From Akkermansiaceae bacterium (GTDB lineage Bacteria; Verrucomicrobiota; Verrucomicrobiia; Verrucomicrobiales; Akkermansiaceae), in assembly GCA_039768565.1 (NCBI GenBank), contig JBDNAG010000065.1, positions 1,977-65,976 of the forward strand: a stretch of DNA of 64,000 bases. The letters run 5' to 3'. Shown one piece after another: positions 54,427 to 64,000 of the stretch (the first letter of the stretch is position 1; each line of letters begins with the position of its first letter). The notes beneath the pieces are model-generated. The model was given only the letters and a program-made list of their open reading frames with translations, ran no database searches and was not told the origin of the DNA. A program made the position numbers and the translations under genes.

Positions 54427-56916
54427 ATGGCAGGAGAAAAGAAGCTCACCCCGATGATGGCCCAATATATGGCCATGCGCCGGTCGCTGCCCGACGACAT
54501 CCTACTCCTCTACCGGCTTGGTGACTTCTACGAAATGTTTTTCGAAGACGCCAAATGTGCAGCTGGGATTCTTAACGTCGCCCTGACAAAGCGGAATGAC
54601 ATTCCCATGTGCGGGGTTCCACACCACGCTGCCCAAGGTTACATCGCCAAACTTATCAAGGCGAACAAGCGGGTTGCCATTGCCGAGCAGACCACCGAAC
54701 CCCAGCCAGGAAAAATCGTAGAACGCGAAATCGCGCAAATTATCTCAGCCTCCACCGTCGATGATCTTTCCCTTCTCGACGACACCCGCCACAATTACCT
54801 CGCCGCTGTTTTTATCGGAGGCACAGCCAAGAAACCATGCCTTGGGCTTGCCTGCGCCGATCATACCACTGGAGAATTCACAGTCGCCGAATTCGCCGAC
54901 CGCCAGCAACTCGAAGACGAACTCACCCGCCTCTCACCTTCCGAACTTCTCATTCCGGAAGATCAAACGAAAGAGTTGGGCGGACTTCGGAACTGCCTCC
55001 CTTACGATTCCTACGCCTTCCTTTCTGACCAGGCCCTGCACACTCTCAAGGAACAATTTAAAGTTCAGTCACTCGATGGCTTCGGCTGCTCCGGGATGAC
55101 CGCTGCGCTCTCCGCTGCCGGAGGAGCCTTACACTACCTTACCTTTCAGCTTCGGAGGAACTGCGATCACCTCAAAGGCCTTTCGGTGCGAAATGTTGCC
55201 GACTTCGTTCTCATTGATTCGGCATCTCAACTCAACCTTGACCTCGTCGAATCCCGCTCCGGCAAACAACACACCCTGCTTGGAGTTCTCGACCGCACCT
55301 CAACCCCTATGGGGGCTCGCAAGCTTCGCGACTGGATCCTCCACCCCCTGCGTGACCTTTTCGAGCTAACCGCCCGACTCGACCTTGTCGACTCTCTCCT
55401 CGCCGAGCCCTACCTCCTCACCAAACTTCGCGACTCCCTGAAGCAAATCCGCGACATCGAACGCACTACCGGGCGACTCTCTCAAGGATCAGGCAATGCT
55501 CGAGACCTCAAGTCCCTCCAGGTCTCGCTCGAACGTATCCCCGATCTCAAAGCCGACTTGGCCGCCGTGGCAGAGACCTCCGGGCTCCACGCCCAACTCA
55601 TCGCAAATATTCAGGAATTTCCCGAACTGGTCGAAACTCTTCAAAACGCCCTCGTCGACGAACCTCCCGCCCAACTCCGCGACGGCGGTATCATTCGCGA
55701 TGGTCATTCCAATGCCCTCGACGAACTTCGCGACGCCTCCCGCTCCGGCAAGCAATGGATCGCCGAAATGCAAGCGACCGAGCGCGAACGCACCGGCATC
55801 GACACCCTCAAAATCAAGTTCAACAACGTCTTCGGTTACTTCATCGAAATCACCAAAGCAAAAGCCGACCAAGCTCCCGACGACTATCAGCGGAAGCAAA
55901 CGATGGCGAACGCCGAGCGCTTCATCACGCCCGAACTCAAAGAGGTGGAAGGAAAGGTGCTCGGTGCTGACGACCGGGCAAAATCCCTAGAATACGATGA
56001 ATTCATCAAACTCCGCGCCGGAGTGACCGATCATCTCATCCAACTTCAAAACACGGCTGATGCTCTTGCCACTCTCGACGTGCTCATTTCCTTCGCCGAG
56101 ACCGCCCAACTCTACCAACACACCCGCCCGGTCCTCGACGACTCCCGCCACCTGCAAATTGTCAACGGCCGGCACCCGGTCCTTGAGCAAACCCTCGTGG
56201 AAGAAAAATTCGTCCCCAACGACACTCTCATTGATCCGGAAGAAAGCCTTCTCCAAATCCTCACCGGGCCCAACATGGCGGGAAAATCAACCTACATTCG
56301 CCAGATCGCCCTCATCACCCTGATGGCCCAGATTGGCGCTTACGTTCCCGCCGAGCATGCCCATATTGGGTTAACCGATCGCATCTTCTGCCGTGTTGGA
56401 GCTTCAGATGATCTGGCCAAAGGGCAATCAACCTTCATGGTTGAGATGAACGAGACCTCGCTCATCGTCAACAACGCGACCGAAAACTCTCTCGTTATCC
56501 TCGATGAAATCGGACGTGGCACCGCAACATTCGACGGGCTTTCCATTGCCTGGTCCGTCGCCGAGCACCTCCACGACGAAGTACAATGTCGTACTTTGTT
56601 CGCCACCCATTACCACGAACTCTGCGCACTTTCCGACTCCAAGGACTCCGTGGCCAACTTTAATGTCGCGGTCCGCGAGTGGAATGACGACATTATTTTC
56701 CTTCGTAAGATCCTACCTGGCCAGGCCGACAAAAGCTACGGAATCCAGGTCGCCCGCCTCGCTGGACTACCAAAGAACATCCTCGACCGCGCCAAGGAAA
56801 TCCTAAGCCACCTTGAAATGAGCTCCGCAAAACCCACCAGGGAAAAAACGAAATCTCCAAAGGCTAAAAAAGCCCTTCCCGAAGCCCATCCGCCACAAAT
56901 GGACCTCTTTGATTAA
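54427..56916 (+). CDS. mutS: DNA mismatch repair protein MutS
   Basis: N-terminal TPMMAQY...GDFYE mismatch-binding motif, Walker A GPNMAGKSTY, and Walker B LVILDEIGRGT. Confidence 0.95.
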   Translation: MAGEKKLTPMMAQYMAMRRSLPDDILLLYRLGDFYEMFFEDAKCAAGILNVALTKRNDIPMCGVPHHAAQGYIAKLIKANKRVAIAEQTTEPQPGKIVEREIAQIISASTVDDLSLLDDTRHNYLAAVFIGGTAKKPCLGLACADHTTGEFTVAEFADRQQLEDELTRLSPSELLIPEDQTKELGGLRNCLPYDSYAFLSDQALHTLKEQFKVQSLDGFGCSGMTAALSAAGGALHYLTFQLRRNCDHLKGLSVRNVADFVLIDSASQLNLDLVESRSGKQHTLLGVLDRTSTPMGARKLRDWILHPLRDLFELTARLDLVDSLLAEPYLLTKLRDSLKQIRDIERTTGRLSQGSGNARDLKSLQVSLERIPDLKADLAAVAETSGLHAQLIANIQEFPELVETLQNALVDEPPAQLRDGGIIRDGHSNALDELRDASRSGKQWIAEMQATERERTGIDTLKIKFNNVFGYFIEITKAKADQAPDDYQRKQTMANAERFITPELKEVEGKVLGADDRAKSLEYDEFIKLRAGVTDHLIQLQNTADALATLDVLISFAETAQLYQHTRPVLDDSRHLQIVNGRHPVLEQTLVEEKFVPNDTLIDPEESLLQILTGPNMAGKSTYIRQIALITLMAQIGAYVPAEHAHIGLTDRIFCRVGASDDLAKGQSTFMVEMNETSLIVNNATENSLVILDEIGRGTATFDGLSIAWSVAEHLHDEVQCRTLFATHYHELCALSDSKDSVANFNVAVREWNDDIIFLRKILPGQADKSYGIQVARLAGLPKNILDRAKEILSHLEMSSAKPTREKTKSPKAKKALPEAHPPQMDLFD

Positions 56917-57515
56917 TCACTCATTTTTGGGAAGCGCTCCAAGAAGCAATACGACCTCCGAGACAACGGCACGGGCACCTTCGAGAGTCGGATGAATTTG
57001 GTCCCAGTGCTGAAACAATCCCGACTATTCCCGGCTGAAATTTTCCAACCGCCACCCACGACCGGACATTTTAGCTTGGCGAGATGAGCCGGCCCCAACT
57101 CCAATTACTCCAATCGGGCGAAATCCCGATACCCCTGCCGCAGATCTTCGGCCTCGGCTCTTAAATACCAGAAAAAAACGCTTGGATCTAGAGTTTCGAC
57201 TTTTGCCGCGGTCGTCCTACAAAACCTCATCGAGGAGGCATTCCAATTTAAGTTGATCGGACTTTAGAGTTAAAAAAGGAACTTTCATTTCAGGTAAATA
57301 GAACCCAGCAGCCAAACTCGCCCCCAAAACAACAGGACGATCCCAGCCCTTCTCTTTCGCTCCCATTAAAGGAGGCGAAAATGGGATTCCCCCTAAACAA
57401 GAGGACTTGTTATTCAAAAGAGTTGATTATTAACAGCACTAACTAGTTTCGATTATCTCTCGAAATTTAGGGAATTGCAGTAGATTTTTCATGGCATTCA
57501 TAACTCGAATGTAAT

Positions 57516-59969
57516 ATGTTCATCGACGCTATGAACATACACGCAATCAAAAGATCTCTGCTCTCGCTAGGCGGGATCTTTGTTTCATCAACCCTAGCGC
57601 ATGGCCAGATCGAGAATGGCCTCTTGAACTACTGGCCTCTTGACGGCGACGCCAGCGATGTCGCCTCCGATATCCCCGGGTCATCCGGAGCGACCGTAGA
57701 CAACGGAGTTGTCAATGGTACCGCAAGCTTCGATGCCGGACTCTTCGGAAATGCAGTGAGCTTGGACGGAGCCCAAGGAAACAATATTACAGTTCCCGAT
57801 GGCATAGGCTCGGAAACGGGAGGTGTCGCGAATGATATCGACCGTACCGCCTCAAGTGTCTCAATTTCAGTTTGGGTAAAAGCGACTGCCTGGAGCACGA
57901 GCTGGCAAGGCATCGTCGCCCACGGAGAGCAAAGCGACTACCGAATCGCACGCCGCGGCGATAATAACCCCGTCCTTTTGGCCTTTGCCGGTGGTGTTGG
58001 AGACATTCAGACAGCAACATCCTACGGAGCAAGCCCCGATGGAGACGGCCTCTGGCATCACATCGTTGCGATCTCTGAAAACGGAGTCAGCACCCGCCTC
58101 TGGGTAGACGGGGTTCTTGAAGCAACTGGCGGAGCCCCCAGCATCGCTCAAAGCAACGCAAACAACAACGTTCTTTGCTTTGGCTGCAACCCTGATAATG
58201 GCCGTGAATTCAATGGTCTCATTGATGACATCGCGATGTGGGACCGGGCAATCACCGATCAAGAGGTCACAGACATTTTCAATGCCGGACAGTCCGGACA
58301 GGCCCTCTCCTCCTTCTTCGCGGATCCCGACGACACCGATGGCGATGGACTCCCCGACACATGGGAAGTCCGCTACGGACTCGACCCCGACGACGATGGT
58401 TCGGTAGATGTGAACAACGGAGCCGCTGGAGACCCCGACTTGGACAATGTTTCTAACATTGATGAGTTCAATAATAGAACCTTCCCTAACGACGATGACA
58501 CTGATGACGACAATCTGAAGGACGGAGTCGAAACCAACAACGGCGAGAACAGCTACGTCGATGAAAACGACACCGGAACCAACCCACTCTCCGCTGACTC
58601 GGACGGAGACGGCATCAATGACGGGGCCGAAGACAACGGCGGAACTTATGTCAGCGAAACCCAAACCGGTAGTAACCCTACCGTTGTTGACACAGATTCT
58701 GACACCATGCCTGATGGCTATGAAGTCGACAACTCTCTGAATCCTACCACCGACGACGGAGCGCTTGATCCCGATACCGACGAGTTGAGCAACCTTGGCG
58801 AATTTACAGCCGGATCAGATCCCCAGGTGGCAGATACCGACATGGACGGTCTGAATGACGGCCCTGAAGTAAGCACTCACACCACAAGCCCAATTATTGC
58901 CGACACTGACGGTGACGCTTTGAGTGACGGCGACGAGGTCAATGTGCACGCAACCGACCCCAACGTTGTTGACACTGACGGTGATCTCTTCTCCGATGGC
59001 AAAGAAATTGCCGAAGGCGGAGACCCCAACGACATCAACAGCACTCCATCTATCCCAGCTCCTCTGCTTTACTACAGCTTCAACGTCGAAAACGGCACTG
59101 AAGTTGAAAACCTGGGAACAACTGGAACAGCTGGAACCCACCAGGGAGTCATCACATATGGCGAAAGTAAGGATGATAGCTTCGGAACAGCCTTCGTTGG
59201 AAACCGCAATGACTTGAACGATTCTTATGTCGCCACCGGACTTGCCGGGGACCTTCTCGGCCTGGCCTCTGACGACAAATACACTGCTATGGCATGGATC
59301 AAGTGGGATGGAAGTGCCGGACAAGTCGACCACATGGTCTTCGGCCAAGACGATGGCGACGGGAACAACCCCCAACTTCACCATGGTATCCGTGATGACA
59401 GCCCGGTAAATATTCACTTTGGTGGATGGGGCGGCGCTCAGGATATTGGCGATGCCGGAACCGTTCCCATTGGCGAATGGACTCACGTTGCTTGGCAGTA
59501 TGATGGCGATGAAAAAGTCGTATTCGTAAATGGCATCGAATCAGCTCGTGCCACAGGAAACAACATCACCAACTCTGCTTTGAATGTCATTATTGGCGCT
59601 CATGGACGGGATGCCACAGACCTCCCGAGCCATAGCTTCAACGGCTCCATTGACGAGGTGAAGATCTACGGGACAGACGTTCTTGAGTCTCAAATGGAAG
59701 AAGCCATGCAGCCGGGCGCAAGCGCTGGCGGTGGTCTTGTGATCACAGCCACCAGCTTCGATCCTACCGTCGGTGCAAACGGCCAATATTCCGTAACCTT
59801 CAACTCACGTTCGAACAAGACCTATACACTGGCTTACTCAACCGACCTTTTCGATTGGGGCGCTGAGATCGACGATGGCATTGTTGGGCAGGATGAGACC
59901 ACCACGGTGACGTTTCCACATCCCGAACCGGGGGTTACGCAAATTTTCTTCCGAATAGGAGAAAACTAG
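57516..59969 (+). CDS. Large secreted protein: two LamG/concanavalin-like domains separated by thrombospondin type-3-like Ca-binding repeats
   Basis: Signal peptide. LamG-type blocks (WHHIVAISENGVSTRLWVDG, FNGLIDDIAMWDRA; WTHVAWQYDGDEKVVFVNG, FNGSIDEVKIY). About 12 D-x-D-x-DG-x-x-D acidic repeats at 58300-59050. The start may be the ATG at 57531. Confidence 0.8.
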   Translation: MFIDAMNIHAIKRSLLSLGGIFVSSTLAHGQIENGLLNYWPLDGDASDVASDIPGSSGATVDNGVVNGTASFDAGLFGNAVSLDGAQGNNITVPDGIGSETGGVANDIDRTASSVSISVWVKATAWSTSWQGIVAHGEQSDYRIARRGDNNPVLLAFAGGVGDIQTATSYGASPDGDGLWHHIVAISENGVSTRLWVDGVLEATGGAPSIAQSNANNNVLCFGCNPDNGREFNGLIDDIAMWDRAITDQEVTDIFNAGQSGQALSSFFADPDDTDGDGLPDTWEVRYGLDPDDDGSVDVNNGAAGDPDLDNVSNIDEFNNRTFPNDDDTDDDNLKDGVETNNGENSYVDENDTGTNPLSADSDGDGINDGAEDNGGTYVSETQTGSNPTVVDTDSDTMPDGYEVDNSLNPTTDDGALDPDTDELSNLGEFTAGSDPQVADTDMDGLNDGPEVSTHTTSPIIADTDGDALSDGDEVNVHATDPNVVDTDGDLFSDGKEIAEGGDPNDINSTPSIPAPLLYYSFNVENGTEVENLGTTGTAGTHQGVITYGESKDDSFGTAFVGNRNDLNDSYVATGLAGDLLGLASDDKYTAMAWIKWDGSAGQVDHMVFGQDDGDGNNPQLHHGIRDDSPVNIHFGGWGGAQDIGDAGTVPIGEWTHVAWQYDGDEKVVFVNGIESARATGNNITNSALNVIIGAHGRDATDLPSHSFNGSIDEVKIYGTDVLESQMEEAMQPGASAGGGLVITATSFDPTVGANGQYSVTFNSRSNKTYTLAYSTDLFDWGAEIDDGIVGQDETTTVTFPHPEPGVTQIFFRIGEN

Positions 59970-59991
59970 CCCCCTTTCTAAATCATTACTC

Positions 59992-60026
59992 AAAAGCACC
60001 GGTAGCAATACCGGTGCTTTTTTATT
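59992..60026 (+). terminator. Rho-independent terminator of the LamG gene
   Basis: AAAAGCACCGG-UAGCAAUA-CCGGUGCUUUU hairpin followed by UUAUU, 22 nt after the stop. Confidence 0.85.
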
Positions 60027-60205
60027 GGGGAGTCCAGTGATGAAAACAAAGCGTCTAATTTTCTCAACACTCAAACGAATCCCCGCCGCCGAAATTCATC
60101 GCCCCTGTCAAAAAATGATCCGGAGCGGCCTTTTGTCTAAGTAGAAACTTGCCAGGGTCTACCCGGACGAAAAATCTAACACCTCCCCCTTAACCCAAAG
60201 TTGAT

Positions 60206-61546
60206 CTACTTTGGGTTATTCCTCGAAGATGCTCCCGGTCCCCAACGGGGATCCTCCAATTGTTTCTCCCATGCATCGAGTTTCTTCATCATCGTCAAAA
60301 GCACTTCCCTTTGCTCTTTCGCAAGATCTTTTGACTCCCCAATATCCTGACTCAAATCGAAAAGTGCAGGTTCCTCTCCGGTCTTTCGGTTATGAACAAT
60401 CTTCCACTTCCCTTCTCTCATGGCGCGGGGCCCGCCACTTCCACCCTGTCTCCAAAACAATGGTCTGGGCTTTTCGATCACCGTCCTGGTTTTTGGAAAT
60501 CCACCCAGTTTCGAAAAAAAACTTACCCCATCTAGATTCCATTCCCCATTCACTTTCCCTCCGACGGCCTCGACAAAAGTTGGCAGCAGATCGAGCGCAA
60601 TGACCGGTTGGTCAATGACGCTTCCAGCCGGGATCCTACCCTTCCACCGCATTACCCAAGGAACTCTTACTCCGCCTTCCCACAGAGTTCCCTTCTTTCC
60701 TTGAAGAGGGGAATTATCGGCCCCCGTCGAAGTCTGACCACCATTATCATTGGTAAACAAAACGATCGTATTTTCATCAAGACCTTCGTCCTTCAAGCAA
60801 TCTAAAACTTTACCTACATTATCATCCAGGCTCACAACCAGCCCCGCATATCCGGCCCTTCTCTTTTGAGCGATATGCGCCACTCTTTTTGCATCCTCCG
60901 GCTTTGGCTGAAGAGGCCCGTGAGGCGAAGTGAAGGAGACAAAGAGAAAGAATGGCTTCTCCTTCTTCTCCCGGATAAAGCGACAAGCAGCATCACCAAA
61001 ACGATCCGTAACGTAGCCCTCTTCCTTGGTAATTTCACCATTCTCTTGAATCACTCGGTGAGCACTTGCCTTCGGCATCTCATAGTAGGGTCGTGATCCC
61101 TGCAGCAGGCCATAGAACCAATCAAACCCCCGTCTATTGGGATGATACTGCTCCGGATAGCCCAAGTGCCACTTACCGATCAACCCCGTGATATAACCGA
61201 GTTCCTTTAGATATTTCACTCCAAAGTTCTCTTTCAACTCCAGACCGCTTTGAAAACCGGGAGGCAAATTATTGTCGTAGCCAAATCTCTGTTGATAACG
61301 CCCTGTCATCAATCCAGCGCGCGACGGAGAGCACACCGATCCAGCCATATAAGCATTTGTAAACCTCGCTCCCTCATTAGCGATAAGGTCGATGTTCGGA
61401 GTCAATTTTTTCATGTCCGCAGCACAATTCGGCTGAAAACCAAAGTCCGCATAACCCGCATCATCAGAGTAAAGAACAACGATGTTTGGCTTGGCAGAAA
61501 CCACAGACGCTGCAGCAAAAAGAAATAGAACGCTTTGAAAACCCAT
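60206..61546 (-). CDS. Secreted arylsulfatase (formylglycine-dependent sulfatase family)
   Basis: Signal peptide MGFQSVLFLFAAASVVSA, VVLYSDDAGY, the C-x-P-x-R motif SVCSPSRAGLMTGR, and GKWHLG. The alternative GTG start is at 61567. Confidence 0.9.
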   Translation of the reverse strand: MGFQSVLFLFAAASVVSAKPNIVVLYSDDAGYADFGFQPNCAADMKKLTPNIDLIANEGARFTNAYMAGSVCSPSRAGLMTGRYQQRFGYDNNLPPGFQSGLELKENFGVKYLKELGYITGLIGKWHLGYPEQYHPNRRGFDWFYGLLQGSRPYYEMPKASAHRVIQENGEITKEEGYVTDRFGDAACRFIREKKEKPFFLFVSFTSPHGPLQPKPEDAKRVAHIAQKRRAGYAGLVVSLDDNVGKVLDCLKDEGLDENTIVLFTNDNGGQTSTGADNSPLQGKKGTLWEGGVRVPWVMRWKGRIPAGSVIDQPVIALDLLPTFVEAVGGKVNGEWNLDGVSFFSKLGGFPKTRTVIEKPRPLFWRQGGSGGPRAMREGKWKIVHNRKTGEEPALFDLSQDIGESKDLAKEQREVLLTMMKKLDAWEKQLEDPRWGPGASSRNNPK

Positions 61547-61573
61547 CCGCCTAAGATGGCGGTCCACAAGGAA

Positions 61574-61593
61574 GTAGCAATCATGATTGCTAC
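61574..61593. repeat. Perfect 20-bp palindrome GTAGCAATCATGATTGCTAC between murC-murB and the sulfatase gene
   Basis: Read directly from the sequence. It lies 28-47 nt upstream of the sulfatase ATG and about 70 nt downstream of the murC-murB stop. No U-tract follows on either strand. Confidence 0.6.
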
Positions 61594-61665
61594 CTTCTCA
61601 CCATTTTGAGCTCCTGAGCAGATGCGTTGAGTTAGCTAAAAACGCAACTCTCTGATTCGTCCTTC

Positions 61666-63966
61666 CTAAAACACAACCTCATCCTCACCGAGAATCTGCA
61701 CTTCGGTTTCAAGGTCCACCCCCCTCTCTTCCTTTGCCTTTGCCTTAATCTGTTCAATTAGCGAAAGGACCTCTGAAGCGCTGGCTTTGCCTCGATTGAC
61801 AATAAAGTTTCCGTGCTCCGGTGAAACCTCGGCTTTACCAACGCCCGTCTCCTTCAGACCCATTTCATCAATCAGCTGCCCGGCGCCACAGACCTCGGGA
61901 TTCTTGAAGGTGCATCCGGCACTCGCAGCCTTGGGCTGGGTGGAATTGCGATGATGACGGGATTCATCGAGCTTTTCCTGAATCGATTCCAAATCAGAAG
62001 TTAGGCCGATAAAGGTAGCTTCCAGAGCATAGTTTCGGCGAAGTTCGGGGACATTGCGATAAAAGGACTCTATCTCATCACACTTACGCGTCCGGATTTC
62101 CCCGTCCTCATCAAGAAAAGTCACTGAAACCACCTGATCAAAGGTTTCCACACCCATCGCCCCCGCATTCATGCGCAGACCACCACCGACATTTCCCGGA
62201 ATCCCTTCCATCCATTCGAACCCACCGATGCCATGCTCGCGCGCCACACTGGCGATCTTCTTAAAGCGGACTCCCGCTCCCGCTGTGATAGATTCGCCAT
62301 CAACAGTCACCGCCGCAAAAGCACCACCGGTTGGATGCACAACGGCGCCACGAATTCCTCCGTCCCGAATTAATAGATTCGACCCCCGCCCCACAATACG
62401 CACCGGGATTCCCCGGGCTTTGCAGAAAGAAACCGAATCAGCAAATTGTTCAAATTGCGATGGCTCGATCCAAAACTGAGCTGGACCTCCGACGCGCATC
62501 GTACTATGACGTGACATCGGTTCATAAAGTTTGATCGCCGAGACCTCCGTTTCATTCCGGATTTCTTCTAAAACCTGAAGATCCCTGATGATTTGATTTC
62601 CCGCCTCGTGAACATTTCCCGCTCCCAAAGTAAGGAACAGGTCCCCCTCCGCAAGAGCATTTCCCACCGCGTGGTGAGCAGTCGACAAATTTGGAACAAA
62701 ATACGCTTTCGTCGAACCATTGACTTCTATGGCATCGATAATTGTTTGCCCGCTCACGCCGGGAATCGGATCTTCGCTGGCCGCATAGACATCGGTCACG
62801 AAAACCAGGTCGGCAGCCTGCAGAGCCTTCCCAAAATCATCCGCCAACTTTTGAGTCCGGCTATAACGGTGAGGTTGAAAGAGAACAATAACACGACCCG
62901 GCTCATAGCTTCGCGCAGTTTGCAAGGTCGCGGCAACTTCCGTTGGATGATGCCCATAATCATCCACGATACGATATCGCCTACTCAAATGCTTGGTTTC
63001 AAAGCGACGCTTTGCACCAGCAAAAGAAGATAGAGCCCGATTCATCATTGAGAAATCGATTCCGCAACCAGAGGCCACCGCAATTGCTCCGAGGGCATTC
63101 AAGACATTGTGCAACCCGGGGATACCCAACTGAACTCTCCCCAATTCCTTACCGTGGTGGTTGACCGTAAAGCTAACCGTGCCGATTTGCTCGGAAAGAT
63201 CAGTCGCAGTCCAATCGGCATCCTTCCAACCGTATGAAATCGCGTTTTCCCGCACTCCGCAAAGTCGCGAGGCCTCCTCACACTCGCTGCAATAAACGAT
63301 CATATCCGAAGTTTGATCCATTAACTTATTGAAGACCTCCCGAATCTGCTCAATTCCCCGAGTGTAGTGATCTAGATGCTCTTCCTCGACATTCAACACG
63401 ATGGTGTGCCGCGGTTTGTATAGAGCGAGCGTGCCATCAGACTCATCACCTTCTGCCACCAGATACTCACCATCTTCGTTCCACTCGGCATTGGATCCAA
63501 GAACCGGGATTTCAGCGCCCACATAGTGGCAGGGCATAATATCGCCCTGACGGAGAATATGGGAAATCATTGAGGACGTTGTCGTCTTCCCATGAGTGCC
63601 GGAAACCACTACTCCCGCCTTGGTGTGAAGAATGGCGGCGAGGCATTCCGCGCGACGGAAGGTGGCGACACCTTGCTTCAAAGCTTCGGCAAGTGCCGGA
63701 TTCGCCGCACGAATTGCCGAAGAATAAATCACCACATCAACACCCTGCACGGCTTCCGCGGAATGCGGCGTTGAAAAATCAAGACCCAACTTGCGAAGAC
63801 GTTCCGTTTCACCCGAGGTCACTCGATCCGATCCACTCACGCCATGCCCCATCTGGATCAAGAGTCGGGCCAAACCGCTCATTCCCGAACCCGCGACACC
63901 AATCAGATGAACCCGGAGCGGCTGTTTCGGATTCAAAAGTTTTTCGCTAAATTGTTCAATGGTCAT
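61666..63966 (-). CDS. murC-murB: Fused UDP-N-acetylmuramate--L-alanine ligase / UDP-N-acetylenolpyruvoylglucosamine reductase (MurC-MurB)
   Basis: The N-terminal 460 aa are MurC (HLIGVAGSGMSGLA, GTHGKTTTSSM, Mur ligase middle and C domains). The C-terminal 300 aa are MurB (MRVGGPAQFW, GRGSNLLIRDGGIRG, C-terminal GEDEV tail). Confidence 0.9.
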   Translation of the reverse strand: MTIEQFSEKLLNPKQPLRVHLIGVAGSGMSGLARLLIQMGHGVSGSDRVTSGETERLRKLGLDFSTPHSAEAVQGVDVVIYSSAIRAANPALAEALKQGVATFRRAECLAAILHTKAGVVVSGTHGKTTTSSMISHILRQGDIMPCHYVGAEIPVLGSNAEWNEDGEYLVAEGDESDGTLALYKPRHTIVLNVEEEHLDHYTRGIEQIREVFNKLMDQTSDMIVYCSECEEASRLCGVRENAISYGWKDADWTATDLSEQIGTVSFTVNHHGKELGRVQLGIPGLHNVLNALGAIAVASGCGIDFSMMNRALSSFAGAKRRFETKHLSRRYRIVDDYGHHPTEVAATLQTARSYEPGRVIVLFQPHRYSRTQKLADDFGKALQAADLVFVTDVYAASEDPIPGVSGQTIIDAIEVNGSTKAYFVPNLSTAHHAVGNALAEGDLFLTLGAGNVHEAGNQIIRDLQVLEEIRNETEVSAIKLYEPMSRHSTMRVGGPAQFWIEPSQFEQFADSVSFCKARGIPVRIVGRGSNLLIRDGGIRGAVVHPTGGAFAAVTVDGESITAGAGVRFKKIASVAREHGIGGFEWMEGIPGNVGGGLRMNAGAMGVETFDQVVSVTFLDEDGEIRTRKCDEIESFYRNVPELRRNYALEATFIGLTSDLESIQEKLDESRHHRNSTQPKAASAGCTFKNPEVCGAGQLIDEMGLKETGVGKAEVSPEHGNFIVNRGKASASEVLSLIEQIKAKAKEERGVDLETEVQILGEDEVVF

Positions 63967-64000
63967 CCTTCAATCACATTTGCGATTTGAGCAGCGGCAT
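63963..64000 (-). CDS. 3' end of an upstream minus-strand gene (likely murG by dcw-cluster position), cut by the window edge
   Basis: An open frame ...AAAQIANVIEG ends in a TGA that overlaps the murC ATG (ATGA). Identity is inferred only from the usual murG-murC order. Confidence 0.35.
   Translation of the reverse strand, partial: AAAQIANVIEG

Noticed and set aside
56917-57515. Small minus-strand ORFs (56913-57104, 57217-57417) and other open stretches in the long mutS-LamG spacer. Possibly a decayed gene.
   Set aside because: No recognisable motif and several stops in every frame. The evidence is insufficient to call a pseudogene or small protein.
60192-60216. A 9-bp inverted repeat AACCCAAAG...CTTTGGGTT overlapping the sulfatase stop codon. 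Considered as a terminator.
   Set aside because: No U-tract follows on the minus strand, and half of the stem is coding. It may be a stabilising 3' hairpin, but that is unsupported.

Overview
This window reads as an ordinary chromosomal region of a PVC-group bacterium, most likely Verrucomicrobiota (inference). The taxon guess rests on two PSCyt/DUF1549/DUF1553 + DUF1501 gene pairs, a PEP-CTERM protein, an SHD1 domain, a MurC-MurB fusion and a large dehydrogenase-type multidomain protein. About 55 protein genes fill both strands tightly, often with overlapping stop/start codons. They include housekeeping genes (rsgA, mazG, argF, fpg/nei, mutS, murC-murB), a glucosylglycerate-type compatible-solute operon and an envelope-modification locus. 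There is also a two-component system preceded by tandem paralogous secreted proteins. Two RNA genes missing from the ORF track are visible: a small SRP RNA (about 4638-4727, with its own terminator) and tRNA-Pro(UGG) at 28289-28365. I saw no rRNA, CRISPR array, transposase, integrase or phage genes.

The most interesting signal is two ORFs interrupted by an in-frame TGA at a position where a redox or metal-binding cysteine is expected:
- A secreted thioredoxin-fold/SHD1 protein whose CxxC motif reads U-V-D-C (43651-44325).
- A CPXCG zinc-ribbon mini-protein whose VCC-RP motif reads VC-TGA-RP, followed by an fdhF-like SECIS hairpin (29452-29622).

Both are candidate selenoproteins. The Sec-decoding machinery is not in this window, so this remains an inference.

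Several decayed genes are also present: an internally deleted purT, a frameshifted third copy of the secreted paralog family, and a frameshifted small membrane protein.
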